Shown piece after piece: positions 20,965 through 30,392 of a DNA stretch of 64,000 bases. Origin of the DNA: Caldisericaceae bacterium (GTDB taxonomy: Bacteria > Caldisericota > Caldisericia > Caldisericales > Caldisericaceae); contig JBMFRX010000002.1 of NCBI GenBank assembly GCA_049967855.1, positions 67,925-131,924 on the forward strand, given 5' to 3'. How positions within the stretch are numbered: the stretch's first letter is position 1; each line of letters opens with the position of its first letter. Under the pieces are notes generated by a model. The model was not told the origin of the DNA. It saw only the letters and a program-made list of their open reading frames with translations, and did not search any database. Position numbers and translations under genes: made by a program.

Positions 20965-22119
20965 TTAAATGTTGAAATTGCTCCTAATTTGTAAGAATTT
21001 ACTAACACTTTTGCCTGGCGCGATCGGTATTCCAAGATTTAAAAGAGTAGATTCAAGAGCGGCTAACGTAACAAGTATATCATTTGAATTTATGAACCCC
21101 ATATGTCCAACTCTGAAGGCTTTGCTTTTCAGTTCTCCCTGGGTTGTTGCTATTTCTACGTTGTAATTTTCTCTCATTTTCTTTACAATTTCATCGGCAT
21201 TTACTCCTTCTGGTGAATAAACTCCAGTTACGCAGGGCGATGCGTCAGCATCATTTGCAACAAACTTAAGCTGCAATTCGGCAATAGACTTTCTTGTGAG
21301 CTCCTTGCAGAGCTCGTGTCTTTTGTATGCATTTTGCAGCCCCTCTTCGTAAAGCATTTTTAATCCCTCATTAAGACCAAAACAGTCTGATACAGGGAAA
21401 GTGGTGAATGGCTGTCCTAGGTCTCCATTCTTTTTCAGTTCCTTTATGCTAAAATAAAAAGCGTCAGTTTCGTTTGAAAGAGCATATTCAAGTGCACGTT
21501 TGCTAACTCCTACTATCCCAATTCCTGGAGGACTCATAAGGCCCTTCTGCGACGCTGCCACAACAACATCAAGATTCCATTCTTCCATGTTTATTTCTGC
21601 AATCCCTATTGAGCTCACTCCATCAACTATTATAAGGGCATCTGTAATTTGCTTTATTTGATTCGAAATTTCCTTAATATTGTTTATGACCGTGGACGAT
21701 GTTTCGTTATGCGTTAGGAACACCGCTTTGATGTCTGTATTTGCCTTGAGTACTTCTAATATTTCTTGAGGTTCTACAGCTCTTCCCCACGGTATCGCAA
21801 GTCTAATTGCATTTCTTCCATGAGCTATGTTAATTTTGTAGAAACGCTCTCCGAAGAATCCAGTATCGGCGATAAGTACTTTATCTCCCCTGTGAGTGAA
21901 ATTTTCCACGGCAAGCTCCATTGCTCCTGTGCCTGATGATGGAATGAGAAAGACATCCTGTTTGCATTTAATCATTTCTTTAAGCATTGACACTGAATCT
22001 AAAAATATTGCTTTGAACTTAGGACCTCTATGGTTGGTCATCGGCTTCTGCATTGCTGCAAGAACGCGCGGTGGAAGAGGTGTTGGGCCTGGGATCATTA
22101 AATATTCTTTATCAAGCAT
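20965..22119 (-). CDS. Class V PLP aminotransferase (alanine-glyoxylate, serine-pyruvate or phosphoserine type)
   Basis: LMIPGPTP, SSGTGAME, THNETSS, IVDGVSS, ASQKGLMSPPG, FRVGHMG. Confidence 0.9.
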   Translation of the reverse strand: MLDKEYLMIPGPTPLPPRVLAAMQKPMTNHRGPKFKAIFLDSVSMLKEMIKCKQDVFLIPSSGTGAMELAVENFTHRGDKVLIADTGFFGERFYKINIAHGRNAIRLAIPWGRAVEPQEILEVLKANTDIKAVFLTHNETSSTVINNIKEISNQIKQITDALIIVDGVSSIGIAEINMEEWNLDVVVAASQKGLMSPPGIGIVGVSKRALEYALSNETDAFYFSIKELKKNGDLGQPFTTFPVSDCFGLNEGLKMLYEEGLQNAYKRHELCKELTRKSIAELQLKFVANDADASPCVTGVYSPEGVNADEIVKKMRENYNVEIATTQGELKSKAFRVGHMGFINSNDILVTLAALESTLLNLGIPIAPGKSVSKFLQIRSNFNI

Positions 22120-22194
22120 TTGTGCCTCCTAACGTTTTCTTTAGTATATTTTATCACAGAAAAGGATTAAATTAAATTTGCTTGAATTCAGGTA

Positions 22195-23496
22195 CTATTT
22201 TTTTAGCTGAGGGACATTTTCAGCACCAATTATTCTTGTTACATTAAGCTCTTTATGGCCAAAAGCTTTCCTGTATGTTGAGAAATAGATTAATATCGTA
22301 AGGGTGAAGACAATTATACCCACGGTTATGTGTGTAATATTTACTCCAAATCTCTCACTCATAGCACCAGTAAATAATGAACCAAAAGGCGTAAAGCCGA
22401 GCAAGACTAAAGAATAAAAGCTCATTACTCTGCCTCTAAATTCTATTGATGATTCCATTTGTAGTAATGTGTTTACCACATTCAAGAAGGTAACCATAAA
22501 GAACCCTGAAAAAGCTACTAAAACAAGTGTGAGCGTATAACTTCTCTGCAGGCCAAGCAAAATGAGTGTCACTCCAAGGAGAACTGAGCTTCCAAAGAAA
22601 TACAGGTGTTTTAGACCTTTGTAACTTGCAATTGCAAGCAAAAGAGACGCAGTTAGAGCGCCTACGCCCATCATTGACATCACAAATCCGTACTGTTGTG
22701 AGCTTAGCTTAAGGACATTCTGTACCAAAACCGGTATTAGAACGTTGAAATTCAGGCCAAACACATTTACTACAGCAAATACTGCAAAAGTAATTAGTAT
22801 TATCGGGATGCCCTTCACATAATCTATTCCAGAAATCACACTCTTGTTTACTCCTCTAATGTCTCTAAAGTTAAAGCTGCCTTTTCTGATAGTTCTTTCA
22901 CGTATTAGAAATAGTGCAACAATGACTGGTATGAAACTGATAGCATTTATGAAAAAGCACCATGCATACCCAATGACAGATATTAGTATTCCAGATATTG
23001 CTGGGCCAAGTATTCGTGCAAGGTTGAATGTAGAAGAATTAAGTGAAATCGAGTTCATCAGATATTCTTTGTCAACAAGGTCTGTGTAGAAAGCCTGTCT
23101 TGCGGGCATATCAATAGTGTTGATAAGTCCTGTGAAGAATGCTATTATTAGCACTTGCCAGTATTGAACAACTCTGAGTGCTACAAGCAGTCCAAGTATA
23201 AAAGCAAGCACCGTAAATGATACTTGAGTAAAAATGATAATCTTTCTTTTTGACATCTTATCAATAATAGCGCCAGCGTATAATGAAAGGAACAACGCAG
23301 GCAAGAACTGAACCGCCGTAAGCAGACCGAGTTTAAATGGAGAATTAGTTATTTGAAGCACAAGCCATCCTTGACCAATATTTTGCATCCATGTTCCGAT
23401 TACCGAGACAAGCTGCCCAAAGAAAAAAAGCTTAAAATTTCTGTATCTGAACGAAGGGAAGTACAAGTCGAATTTTCTTTTTATATTCTCAATCAT
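22195..23496 (-). CDS. MFS transporter (DUF894/H+ antiporter-like)
   Basis: YRNFKLFFFGQLVSVIGTWMQ, DMPARQAF, NLARILGPA, FRGRVMS; start moved to the internal Met (MIENIKR), so the start is uncertain. Confidence 0.88.
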   Translation of the reverse strand: MIENIKRKFDLYFPSFRYRNFKLFFFGQLVSVIGTWMQNIGQGWLVLQITNSPFKLGLLTAVQFLPALFLSLYAGAIIDKMSKRKIIIFTQVSFTVLAFILGLLVALRVVQYWQVLIIAFFTGLINTIDMPARQAFYTDLVDKEYLMNSISLNSSTFNLARILGPAISGILISVIGYAWCFFINAISFIPVIVALFLIRERTIRKGSFNFRDIRGVNKSVISGIDYVKGIPIILITFAVFAVVNVFGLNFNVLIPVLVQNVLKLSSQQYGFVMSMMGVGALTASLLLAIASYKGLKHLYFFGSSVLLGVTLILLGLQRSYTLTLVLVAFSGFFMVTFLNVVNTLLQMESSIEFRGRVMSFYSLVLLGFTPFGSLFTGAMSERFGVNITHITVGIIVFTLTILIYFSTYRKAFGHKELNVTRIIGAENVPQLKK

Positions 23497-23634
23497 TGCA
23501 GTCTTTTCCACACAAACAATTTTATCACTAAATCCTGTAAATTCAAACAGTTTTCTCTTGCCAACTTTTATAGTTGCAAAAAACATCTTTATGCGTAAAA
23601 TATTTACTAAAGTGCAGAAAGGGTAGGTGAAATA

Positions 23635-24834
23635 GTGGATATATTTGGCAAATTTAAGAATTCGGATAGAGAGTCTCCTATAAACGATGCCCGATTAGCT
23701 ATAGAAAAGGGTATTTATCCTTATTTTTTACCTCTTGAGGAAACTGAAGGCACCGAAGTGGTTATAAATGGTAGGAAACTTATTATGCTTGGTTCTAACA
23801 ACTATCTCGGACTTACTACTCATCCTAAAGTGAAGGAGGCTGCTATTAACGCTGTAAAAGAATATGGTACAAGTTCTACAGGCTCTCGTTTTATGAATGG
23901 CACTTTGAAAATTCATCGTGAGCTTGAAGATAAACTTGCCGAGTTTCTTCATAGAGAAGCCTGTCTTGTGTTCTCCACTGGTTATCAGACCAACGTTGGC
24001 ACAATTTCGTCACTTGTTGGGCGAAACGATTATGCAATTACCGACAAGGAAGACCATGCTTCAATTATTGATGGTGTTAAAATGTCTTATGGTAAATTGG
24101 CTCGATTTAAACATAACGATGTTGATGATCTTGAGCGTGTTATAAAAACACTTCCTGGAGATTCTGGCAAGCTTTTGATTGTAGATGGAGTTTACTCTAT
24201 GGCAGGCGACATTGCTCCATTGCCTCAAATGCTTGAAGTTGCTAAGAAAAATGACGTAAGGATTATGGTTGACGATGCTCATTCCATTGGGGTGCTTGGT
24301 GACCATGGCAGAGGAACTGCAAACTACTATGGGCTAGACAAGGAAGTAGACTTGATAATGGGTACTTTCAGCAAGTCTTTTGCAAGTCTTGGAGGTTTTA
24401 TTGCAGGAGATGAGGATGTAATTTTTTACATAAAGCATACTGCAAGGTCTTTCATATTCAGCGCGAGTATGTCGCCTGCAAGTACAGGAGCAGCGTTGGC
24501 ATCTTTGCAAGTTATGCAAGACGAGCCAGAGCGAATTGAGCACCTCTGGAAGATAGCGGAGCGAATGAAACAAGGTCTAAAATCACTTGGATTTGATATA
24601 GGCAACAGTAGTACTCCTGTTATACCTGTTTATATACGCGATAGGTGGAAAACGATTTATATGTGGAAAGAGCTTTTTGATTTGGGAGTTTATGTGAATC
24701 CAACTGTGCCGCCTGCTGTTTCACCTAATGAGTCCCTCTTAAGAACAAGCTACATCGCAACCCACACCGAGGAGCAGATAGACAGAGCTCTTGAGATTTT
24801 TGAAAGAGCAGGTAAGAAAATAGGTCTTATTTAG
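23635..24834 (+). CDS. Alpha-oxoamine synthase, serine palmitoyltransferase-like (AONS/KBL/SPT family)
   Basis: GIYPYF, GSNNYLGL, GSRFMNGT, DHASIIDG, DDAHSIG, GTFSKS (PLP lysine), FIFSAS, VNPTVPPA. Confidence 0.85.
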   Translation: MDIFGKFKNSDRESPINDARLAIEKGIYPYFLPLEETEGTEVVINGRKLIMLGSNNYLGLTTHPKVKEAAINAVKEYGTSSTGSRFMNGTLKIHRELEDKLAEFLHREACLVFSTGYQTNVGTISSLVGRNDYAITDKEDHASIIDGVKMSYGKLARFKHNDVDDLERVIKTLPGDSGKLLIVDGVYSMAGDIAPLPQMLEVAKKNDVRIMVDDAHSIGVLGDHGRGTANYYGLDKEVDLIMGTFSKSFASLGGFIAGDEDVIFYIKHTARSFIFSASMSPASTGAALASLQVMQDEPERIEHLWKIAERMKQGLKSLGFDIGNSSTPVIPVYIRDRWKTIYMWKELFDLGVYVNPTVPPAVSPNESLLRTSYIATHTEEQIDRALEIFERAGKKIGLI

Positions 24835-24842
24835 CAATTTTT

Positions 24843-24867
24843 AAGGGCATCCCTGTGGGATGCCCTT
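24843..24867. terminator. Bidirectional terminator
   Basis: AAGGGCATCCC-TGT-GGGATGCCCTT between convergent genes. Confidence 0.85.
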
Positions 24868-24897
24868 ATTATATTAAAAGCCTGCAAGCATTGGTGA

Positions 24898-25410
24898 TTA
24901 TGGATTTCTTGGAGTTGTGCAATTCCCTGAGCCTGTCCTGTTTCCCTTGACTGCGCTTTTTGCCCATGAAGGTGACCCAGTTGCAGTTCTCTCAACCATT
25001 GTTTTTACTCTTGAAAGCACTTGGGAAGAAGCACTATCAAATTGTTTCTGAGTAATCTTGCCATTTGAAAGGAGTGTTTTTAATTCATCGGTTCTCTTTG
25101 TAACAATAAACTGTACGAGAGAATCCTCGGTCTTGCCTTTTTCTGATGCAATTGTTGCAAGGCTTTTTCCTGAAGCTCTTTCTTGTTCAAGGCTACTAAC
25201 TGTCATTCCAAGAAATGTGGCAATATCTGAGTTTTTACTTCCACTGTTCTTTAAAGATATGCCATTCGATTGAGTTCCCTTAAATCTTGACATACTTCCT
25301 GCTCCCGTGTCTGAAGCATTTGAAGAAGTGCTTGCATTAGCAAATCCAATACCTCCAAGCACGAGTCCTGCTACCATTACTCCAACTAACAACCAATTAA
25401 ATTTTCTCAT
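24898..25410 (-). CDS. Secreted hypothetical protein
   Basis: Signal peptide MRKFNWLLVGVMVAGLVLGGIGFANA; helical core LGMTVSSLEQERASGKSLATIASEKG...GKITQKQ; SD GAGGAGGT. Confidence 0.75.
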   Translation of the reverse strand: MRKFNWLLVGVMVAGLVLGGIGFANASTSSNASDTGAGSMSRFKGTQSNGISLKNSGSKNSDIATFLGMTVSSLEQERASGKSLATIASEKGKTEDSLVQFIVTKRTDELKTLLSNGKITQKQFDSASSQVLSRVKTMVERTATGSPSWAKSAVKGNRTGSGNCTTPRNP

Positions 25411-25449
25411 TCTTACCTCCTCAGGTAAATAATTTTTAACTACAAGCTT

Positions 25450-25482
25450 ATTTTAAATAATAAGTGTGAAGCCAATATGAAG
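25450..25482 (-). promoter_or_regulatory. Direct-repeat OmpR/CssR-like operator plus -10 box
   Basis: Minus strand CTTCATA-TTGG-CTTCACA-CTTATTATT-TAAAAT. Confidence 0.65.
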
Positions 25483-25747
25483 TCATATAATATTGTTTTT
25501 GGATAGCAGCCAAATAGGGAATATTAGTTCAAATTGGATTGAAAATGAAACTAGCTTTTGCAGAATGCCAAATGAATATTCTAAGAAGATTTGTAGTCTT
25601 ACTTGAGTTAAAACGGCATTCTTTCAATGTGTCCTGCATCAACTGCCAGACTCAATTTTGGCAAGCAAAAAACATACTGATTCGTGTTTTATTTTAGAGA
25701 TTCTGTTTAATGTTAAAATTGAAGACCTTTTAACAAGTATTTTCCGT

Positions 25748-27358
25748 TCAAGTGGTTTTCTTTAGACTCTTGGATGAATACAAAAGTCGATCTACAATTT
25801 CTAAGATTTCGTTAGAAATTAGTTGCACATTATTTTTTTGTTCAGGGTTTTTCGCTATGAATTCTTGGTAAAACTCCTTAAAGCTCAATTTCCCATAAGA
25901 GAACCCGAACTTAAATTGCTCTATAAATTGGCCAAAGTTTTCCCTGAATGCTACATTCAGTCTGGCAATTACAAGCTCAATTGTAGGAGGGGGAGACTCA
26001 GGAAAGAGCATTAAAAACTCGTCTCCTCCATATCTGAAAGCATAATCAATTTTTCTTATGCTTTTTAGCATCAAATCTGCCGTCTGTTTTAGAATCCTGT
26101 CGCCCTCAATGTGCCCGAAATTGTCGTTTATCAATTTAAAATTGTCAAGGTCCATAAAAATAATTTGGAAGTTATTTTCCTTTCTGAAGAACTTGTTTAT
26201 CTCGTAATTTAATACTTCTTCAAGCTTTCTGCGATTGTATAAGGCTGTTAGTGCGTCTTCCCTTGAAGCTTTTGATAAGGCTGCATTTAACTGCTCCACA
26301 TTGTGCAGGAGAGCATCTTTTTCGAATACAGTCATAATTGTTCTTGAAAGGAGTTCAATGTTTGAAACATCCGTTTCGGTAAATCTATTTGGCTTAGCTG
26401 AATCTACGTTTAATACCGCAATAACCTCTCCATTAACTATAATTGGTACTCCTATATAACTTCTTGTTGGGACTGCTTTTACCCAATATCTAAATTTATG
26501 TGTATCTTTCATAAGGATAGTGGTTTTATTTTTCATTATTTCTTCTAGATTGCTTGGTTTAACTGACCTAAAGCCTGCTTCAGTTTTCTGAATTGTTTGT
26601 TCTGGAATGTTATCCCATGCTATGAACTTCCATTCTCCATTTCTATATTCAATTATTGAAGCTGAATCACCTCCAACTACTTCTCTTGCAATACTAACAA
26701 TATGTTTAAGAATTTCCTCTTTGTTTCCAATGTATGTTGTTAGCTCAATTGTAGCTTCTCTTAGGGAATCTATTGTGAAGCGTTCTTTGTTGAAGCTGGT
26801 AAAGATTGCATTTGAGAAAAACGAAGAAAGGAGAAGGAAAAACCCAACATCCAGGATTTTCTCATACACAGATGCAAGGCTTCCCTGGTTAAGATTTTGT
26901 GGAAAGTAAGGAATCAATCCAAAGGACTCGCTTAAGAGTAAACCAATGTACAAGAGAAAAGAAATCGCGGAAAGAAAAAAAGTGTAGCTTGTTTTCCTGT
27001 ATGCACTTATGCTCAGAACGACAAAGAGATACATTACAAAGAAAGGACTGGCGGCTCCTCCTGTAAAGTATGCTAGCATTGTAAAGAAAATCACTTCTAT
27101 AAACGCTACAGCAAACAAATAACCAAACATTACATTTTCATTGGTAATCTTTTCAATTAAATAGTGTGCAAGCAAAGTGAAAAGTAAATACATTAGAGAT
27201 GCATATAAAATAATCAGAGGCCTCATAGGAAAGCTAAAAGATTTAGAAAGTGTTGATAAAAAGCACAACAAAATCCCGAAGGCTGGGATAAGCAGTTTCA
27301 GCCTTAAGATTTTTTGTTCCATCTCTTTAAGCTCTGGAAGTGTCAGTGATTTTTTCAT
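25748..27358 (-). CDS. Membrane diguanylate cyclase (TM-GAF-GGDEF)
   Basis: About 5-6 TM helices; GAF (RSYIGVPIIVNGEVIAVLNVDS); DALTALYNRR, DLDNFKLINDNFGH, RKIDYAFRYGGDEF. Confidence 0.93.
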   Translation of the reverse strand: MKKSLTLPELKEMEQKILRLKLLIPAFGILLCFLSTLSKSFSFPMRPLIILYASLMYLLFTLLAHYLIEKITNENVMFGYLFAVAFIEVIFFTMLAYFTGGAASPFFVMYLFVVLSISAYRKTSYTFFLSAISFLLYIGLLLSESFGLIPYFPQNLNQGSLASVYEKILDVGFFLLLSSFFSNAIFTSFNKERFTIDSLREATIELTTYIGNKEEILKHIVSIAREVVGGDSASIIEYRNGEWKFIAWDNIPEQTIQKTEAGFRSVKPSNLEEIMKNKTTILMKDTHKFRYWVKAVPTRSYIGVPIIVNGEVIAVLNVDSAKPNRFTETDVSNIELLSRTIMTVFEKDALLHNVEQLNAALSKASREDALTALYNRRKLEEVLNYEINKFFRKENNFQIIFMDLDNFKLINDNFGHIEGDRILKQTADLMLKSIRKIDYAFRYGGDEFLMLFPESPPPTIELVIARLNVAFRENFGQFIEQFKFGFSYGKLSFKEFYQEFIAKNPEQKNNVQLISNEILEIVDRLLYSSKSLKKTT

Positions 27359-27435
27359 TATATATAATTATATCTAAAGCCTTATGCTTCCAAAACACCT
27401 ATTCAAATAAAGCCATTGTAACATTAAACAAAACT

Positions 27436-28053
27436 TCATCTGTTCTTATTTGCGCTCTTTATTTTTGAGGGAAGCTCATTATTTAGTAGTTCGACAATTT
27501 CCTTTACGCTCATAATCCTTGCTCCCATATTCTTCATATCGTTCAGGTTAGCTCTCTGCGTTTCTTCGTTATTTGAAGCAGTGCCGTCCTCCATCACCAC
27601 TACATCGTAATCAAAGGATATTGCATCTGTAAAAGTTGCCCTGATGCAATTTGGTGTTTGCACTCCACACATAATAAGTGTGTTGATGTTGCTTCTGCGG
27701 AGTATCAAGTCTAATTCCGTACCAAAGAAAGCTGACCATCGTTTCTTTGTTATTACAATTTCATTGTCTAAGGGCTTAAGTTTTTCAACAATTTGTGCTC
27801 CACGGCTTCCCTCAATCAAAAAGCCACCTGTTTTACTGAATAGGTCGGCTCTTGGCTTGTCAATATCACTGCCATCCTTCCTGTGAAGCCTTCTTACAAA
27901 TACTATACTCAATTGGTGCTCCCTGAAAAAGCTTAAGAGCTCACTTATTTTTCCTATAATTGCAGGCCCCTGTTTTACAAAAAGCTCCGAATCTGGTTCA
28001 AGAAAATCATACTGCATGTCAATTATTAACAAACAAACTCTTCTCTTATTCAT
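27436..28053 (-). CDS. Isochorismatase-family cysteine hydrolase
   Basis: LLIIDMQYDF, KKRWSAFFGTELD, GVQTPNCIRAT. Confidence 0.9.
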   Translation of the reverse strand: MNKRRVCLLIIDMQYDFLEPDSELFVKQGPAIIGKISELLSFFREHQLSIVFVRRLHRKDGSDIDKPRADLFSKTGGFLIEGSRGAQIVEKLKPLDNEIVITKKRWSAFFGTELDLILRRSNINTLIMCGVQTPNCIRATFTDAISFDYDVVVMEDGTASNNEETQRANLNDMKNMGARIMSVKEIVELLNNELPSKIKSANKNR

Positions 28054-28063
28054 AATATACTAA

Positions 28064-30382
28064 TTATATTCTAATTTTCTTATAAACGAATAATTTTAGC
28101 AAGTCAGTGAATAGCAGGGTAACAACGAATGTATATGCAAGAGCTATCAGTATATGGATTATGGGGATTCTGGTCACGAATATACCCAGGTAGACAATTA
28201 ATGTAGCCACAGCTATATCAGAAGCAATTGCAATTAAAATAGTATTGCTCGGTCGTGACCTTAAGAAGAATCTTTCCTCTCTAAAATTGAGAATATTCAA
28301 CAAGCCCGAAACAAGTAATAGGTAAAACATCAGCGTTTGCATCTGACTGAAAGGAAGTTTGAGATATTTAAAGGCAAGATACATTGCAAGGAACAGTTCA
28401 AGAATTTTCAATGAACCGAAAATCAAAGAAAGTTTTATCAGCTTGCTCACATTCCACCTCTCGGGCTTTTTTGATGCAACAACATTGTCTGTTGCTATAG
28501 ACATTGTAACAAAGTCATATAGAAAAAGCATTAAGACCATTTCAACAGGTGTAATTACGGGTTTTCCAAGTATCAATGTAGCAATTGAAACAAAGAATAC
28601 AATCTGGAATGTTTTTACAACTTTATTAATTATCCAGAGCACAATTCTTCTATATATTTGTCTGCCAGTATTTATGAGATCAACAATATTTGAAAGACCC
28701 GAACGTGTAAGGATTACTTTTGCCGACTGTTTTGCTATCTCAAGTGAATTTGAGACAGCAATTCCTAAGTCTGCTTTCTTTAGAGCAGGAGCATCATTTG
28801 CGCCGTCTCCAGTCATGCCAACAACATGATTTTTTGACTGGTAAATACCTACTATATTAAACTTGTCTTCTGGTACAACTTCTGCAAAAGTGTCTATATT
28901 TTCTGCAGCCGTTTTCTTATCGTCTTTCCAATCGTGAATGCTTACGACATTGCTCCCAATTCCGACGCTCTCTGCAACTGACTTTGCAATTAACGTATTG
29001 TCGCCTGTAACCATTTTTACAGAAATACCCATATCTTTTATCTTTCCAATAAAATCTTTTGAATCACTTCTTGGATAGTCAAAGAATGTAAGCAGGCCAA
29101 TTGTAATAGTCTGCCCATCTCTTTTGCAGGAAATAATAAGGCTTCTCTTACCATCTTTAGCAAAACTCTCCACAATCTTGCTTATTTTTTCGTTATCGGT
29201 GGGAGACATTGGCATTAGGATTTGTGGAGCACCTTTCATAACTAAGAAACTGCTTTTGCCTTCACTTACTTCTGCTGCCGAGAATTTCTTATCAGGGTCA
29301 AAAGGATAAAACTTAACGAGCCTAAATCTGTTCTTAACTTTATCTTTGGAGTATTCAATGACCGCTGAGTCGATTGGGTCTTTCGTGACGGGGTCGGAAG
29401 CAAGCAGGGCTAACTCCAATACGTCTGCTTCTAAATACGATGTGTCAAAAACTATCACATCGGAGATTCTTATTTTATTCTCAGTAATAGTGCCAGTTTT
29501 ATCAAGGCAAAGAACATCCATCATTGCACTGTTCTCTATCCCATCCAATTTCCTTATTAGCACTCCTTTTTTTGCAAGTTCAAGCGAGCCTAACGACAAT
29601 GCAAGCACGGTCATTGCAGGCAGCGCAACAGGAATTGAAGCAATGAGAAGAGTAAGTATTATTGGAAGAGTGTCTTTGAGAGGCGTTCCTGAAATAATGA
29701 ATTTCGCAAGCACTGCTACAATAAAGAATGCGTCAACAACTAAAAGACCCTTTGTGACGCTCATTGTTATGTCTTCTATAATCAATTTAGGATGGGCCTT
29801 CTCAATGAGTTCGGCAGTCTTTCCAAAATAGGTTTTGCCACCTGTTGCTGTAACCCTGCAAATTGCTGCGCCTCTCGTAACGAGGCTTCCCGAAAAAATC
29901 TTGCTGTCTAAACCACGTTCCTGTGCAATTGATTCTCCTGTGAGCGTCGATTGGTCAACAAGTATATTTCCGTTCACTATATTAGCATCGGCTGGTACTA
30001 TGTCCCCCATTGATACTTTAATTATGTCATTCGGTACAATTTCCCTTGCAGGAATTTCTTGCCAGGAACCGTCCCTTAATACTTTTGCAGTTATTTTGAG
30101 CCTTTGCTTAAGTGCGTCTATTGCTTTTGTTGCTCTGAATTCCTGCGTGAATCCCAAAACTGCATTGAGTATAAGAAGAGCAAACATTACAATTGAGTCT
30201 ACATAATTCTTAAGAAAAGCCGAGATTATCATTGACGCTTCTATAACGTAGGCTGTCAACCCTGTAAATCTTTTCATAAAATCAAGCACTAAACTCTGTT
30301 TTTTTTCGATAATTTCGTTCGCTCCGTATTGCTTAAACAGTTCCTCAGCTTCGTTTGTGGAAAGCCCTTTTAATTCGTCCAT
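28064..30382 (-). CDS. P-type ATPase, plasma-membrane proton-efflux (P3A) type
   Basis: LTGES, ASIPVALP, DKTGT, KGAP, TGDN, TGDGANDAPALK, YDFVTMSIATDN; start at MDELKGL after SD AGGGGG. Confidence 0.88.
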   Translation of the reverse strand: MDELKGLSTNEAEELFKQYGANEIIEKKQSLVLDFMKRFTGLTAYVIEASMIISAFLKNYVDSIVMFALLILNAVLGFTQEFRATKAIDALKQRLKITAKVLRDGSWQEIPAREIVPNDIIKVSMGDIVPADANIVNGNILVDQSTLTGESIAQERGLDSKIFSGSLVTRGAAICRVTATGGKTYFGKTAELIEKAHPKLIIEDITMSVTKGLLVVDAFFIVAVLAKFIISGTPLKDTLPIILTLLIASIPVALPAMTVLALSLGSLELAKKGVLIRKLDGIENSAMMDVLCLDKTGTITENKIRISDVIVFDTSYLEADVLELALLASDPVTKDPIDSAVIEYSKDKVKNRFRLVKFYPFDPDKKFSAAEVSEGKSSFLVMKGAPQILMPMSPTDNEKISKIVESFAKDGKRSLIISCKRDGQTITIGLLTFFDYPRSDSKDFIGKIKDMGISVKMVTGDNTLIAKSVAESVGIGSNVVSIHDWKDDKKTAAENIDTFAEVVPEDKFNIVGIYQSKNHVVGMTGDGANDAPALKKADLGIAVSNSLEIAKQSAKVILTRSGLSNIVDLINTGRQIYRRIVLWIINKVVKTFQIVFFVSIATLILGKPVITPVEMVLMLFLYDFVTMSIATDNVVASKKPERWNVSKLIKLSLIFGSLKILELFLAMYLAFKYLKLPFSQMQTLMFYLLLVSGLLNILNFREERFFLRSRPSNTILIAIASDIAVATLIVYLGIFVTRIPIIHILIALAYTFVVTLLFTDLLKLFVYKKIRI

Positions 30383-30392
30383 AATACCCCCT

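Noticed and set aside
25483..25747. Intergenic region with short inverted repeats (AGAATGCC/GGCATTCT, TGCCA/TGGCA)
   Set aside because: Pairings are short and match no known RNA or IS end that I can recognise.
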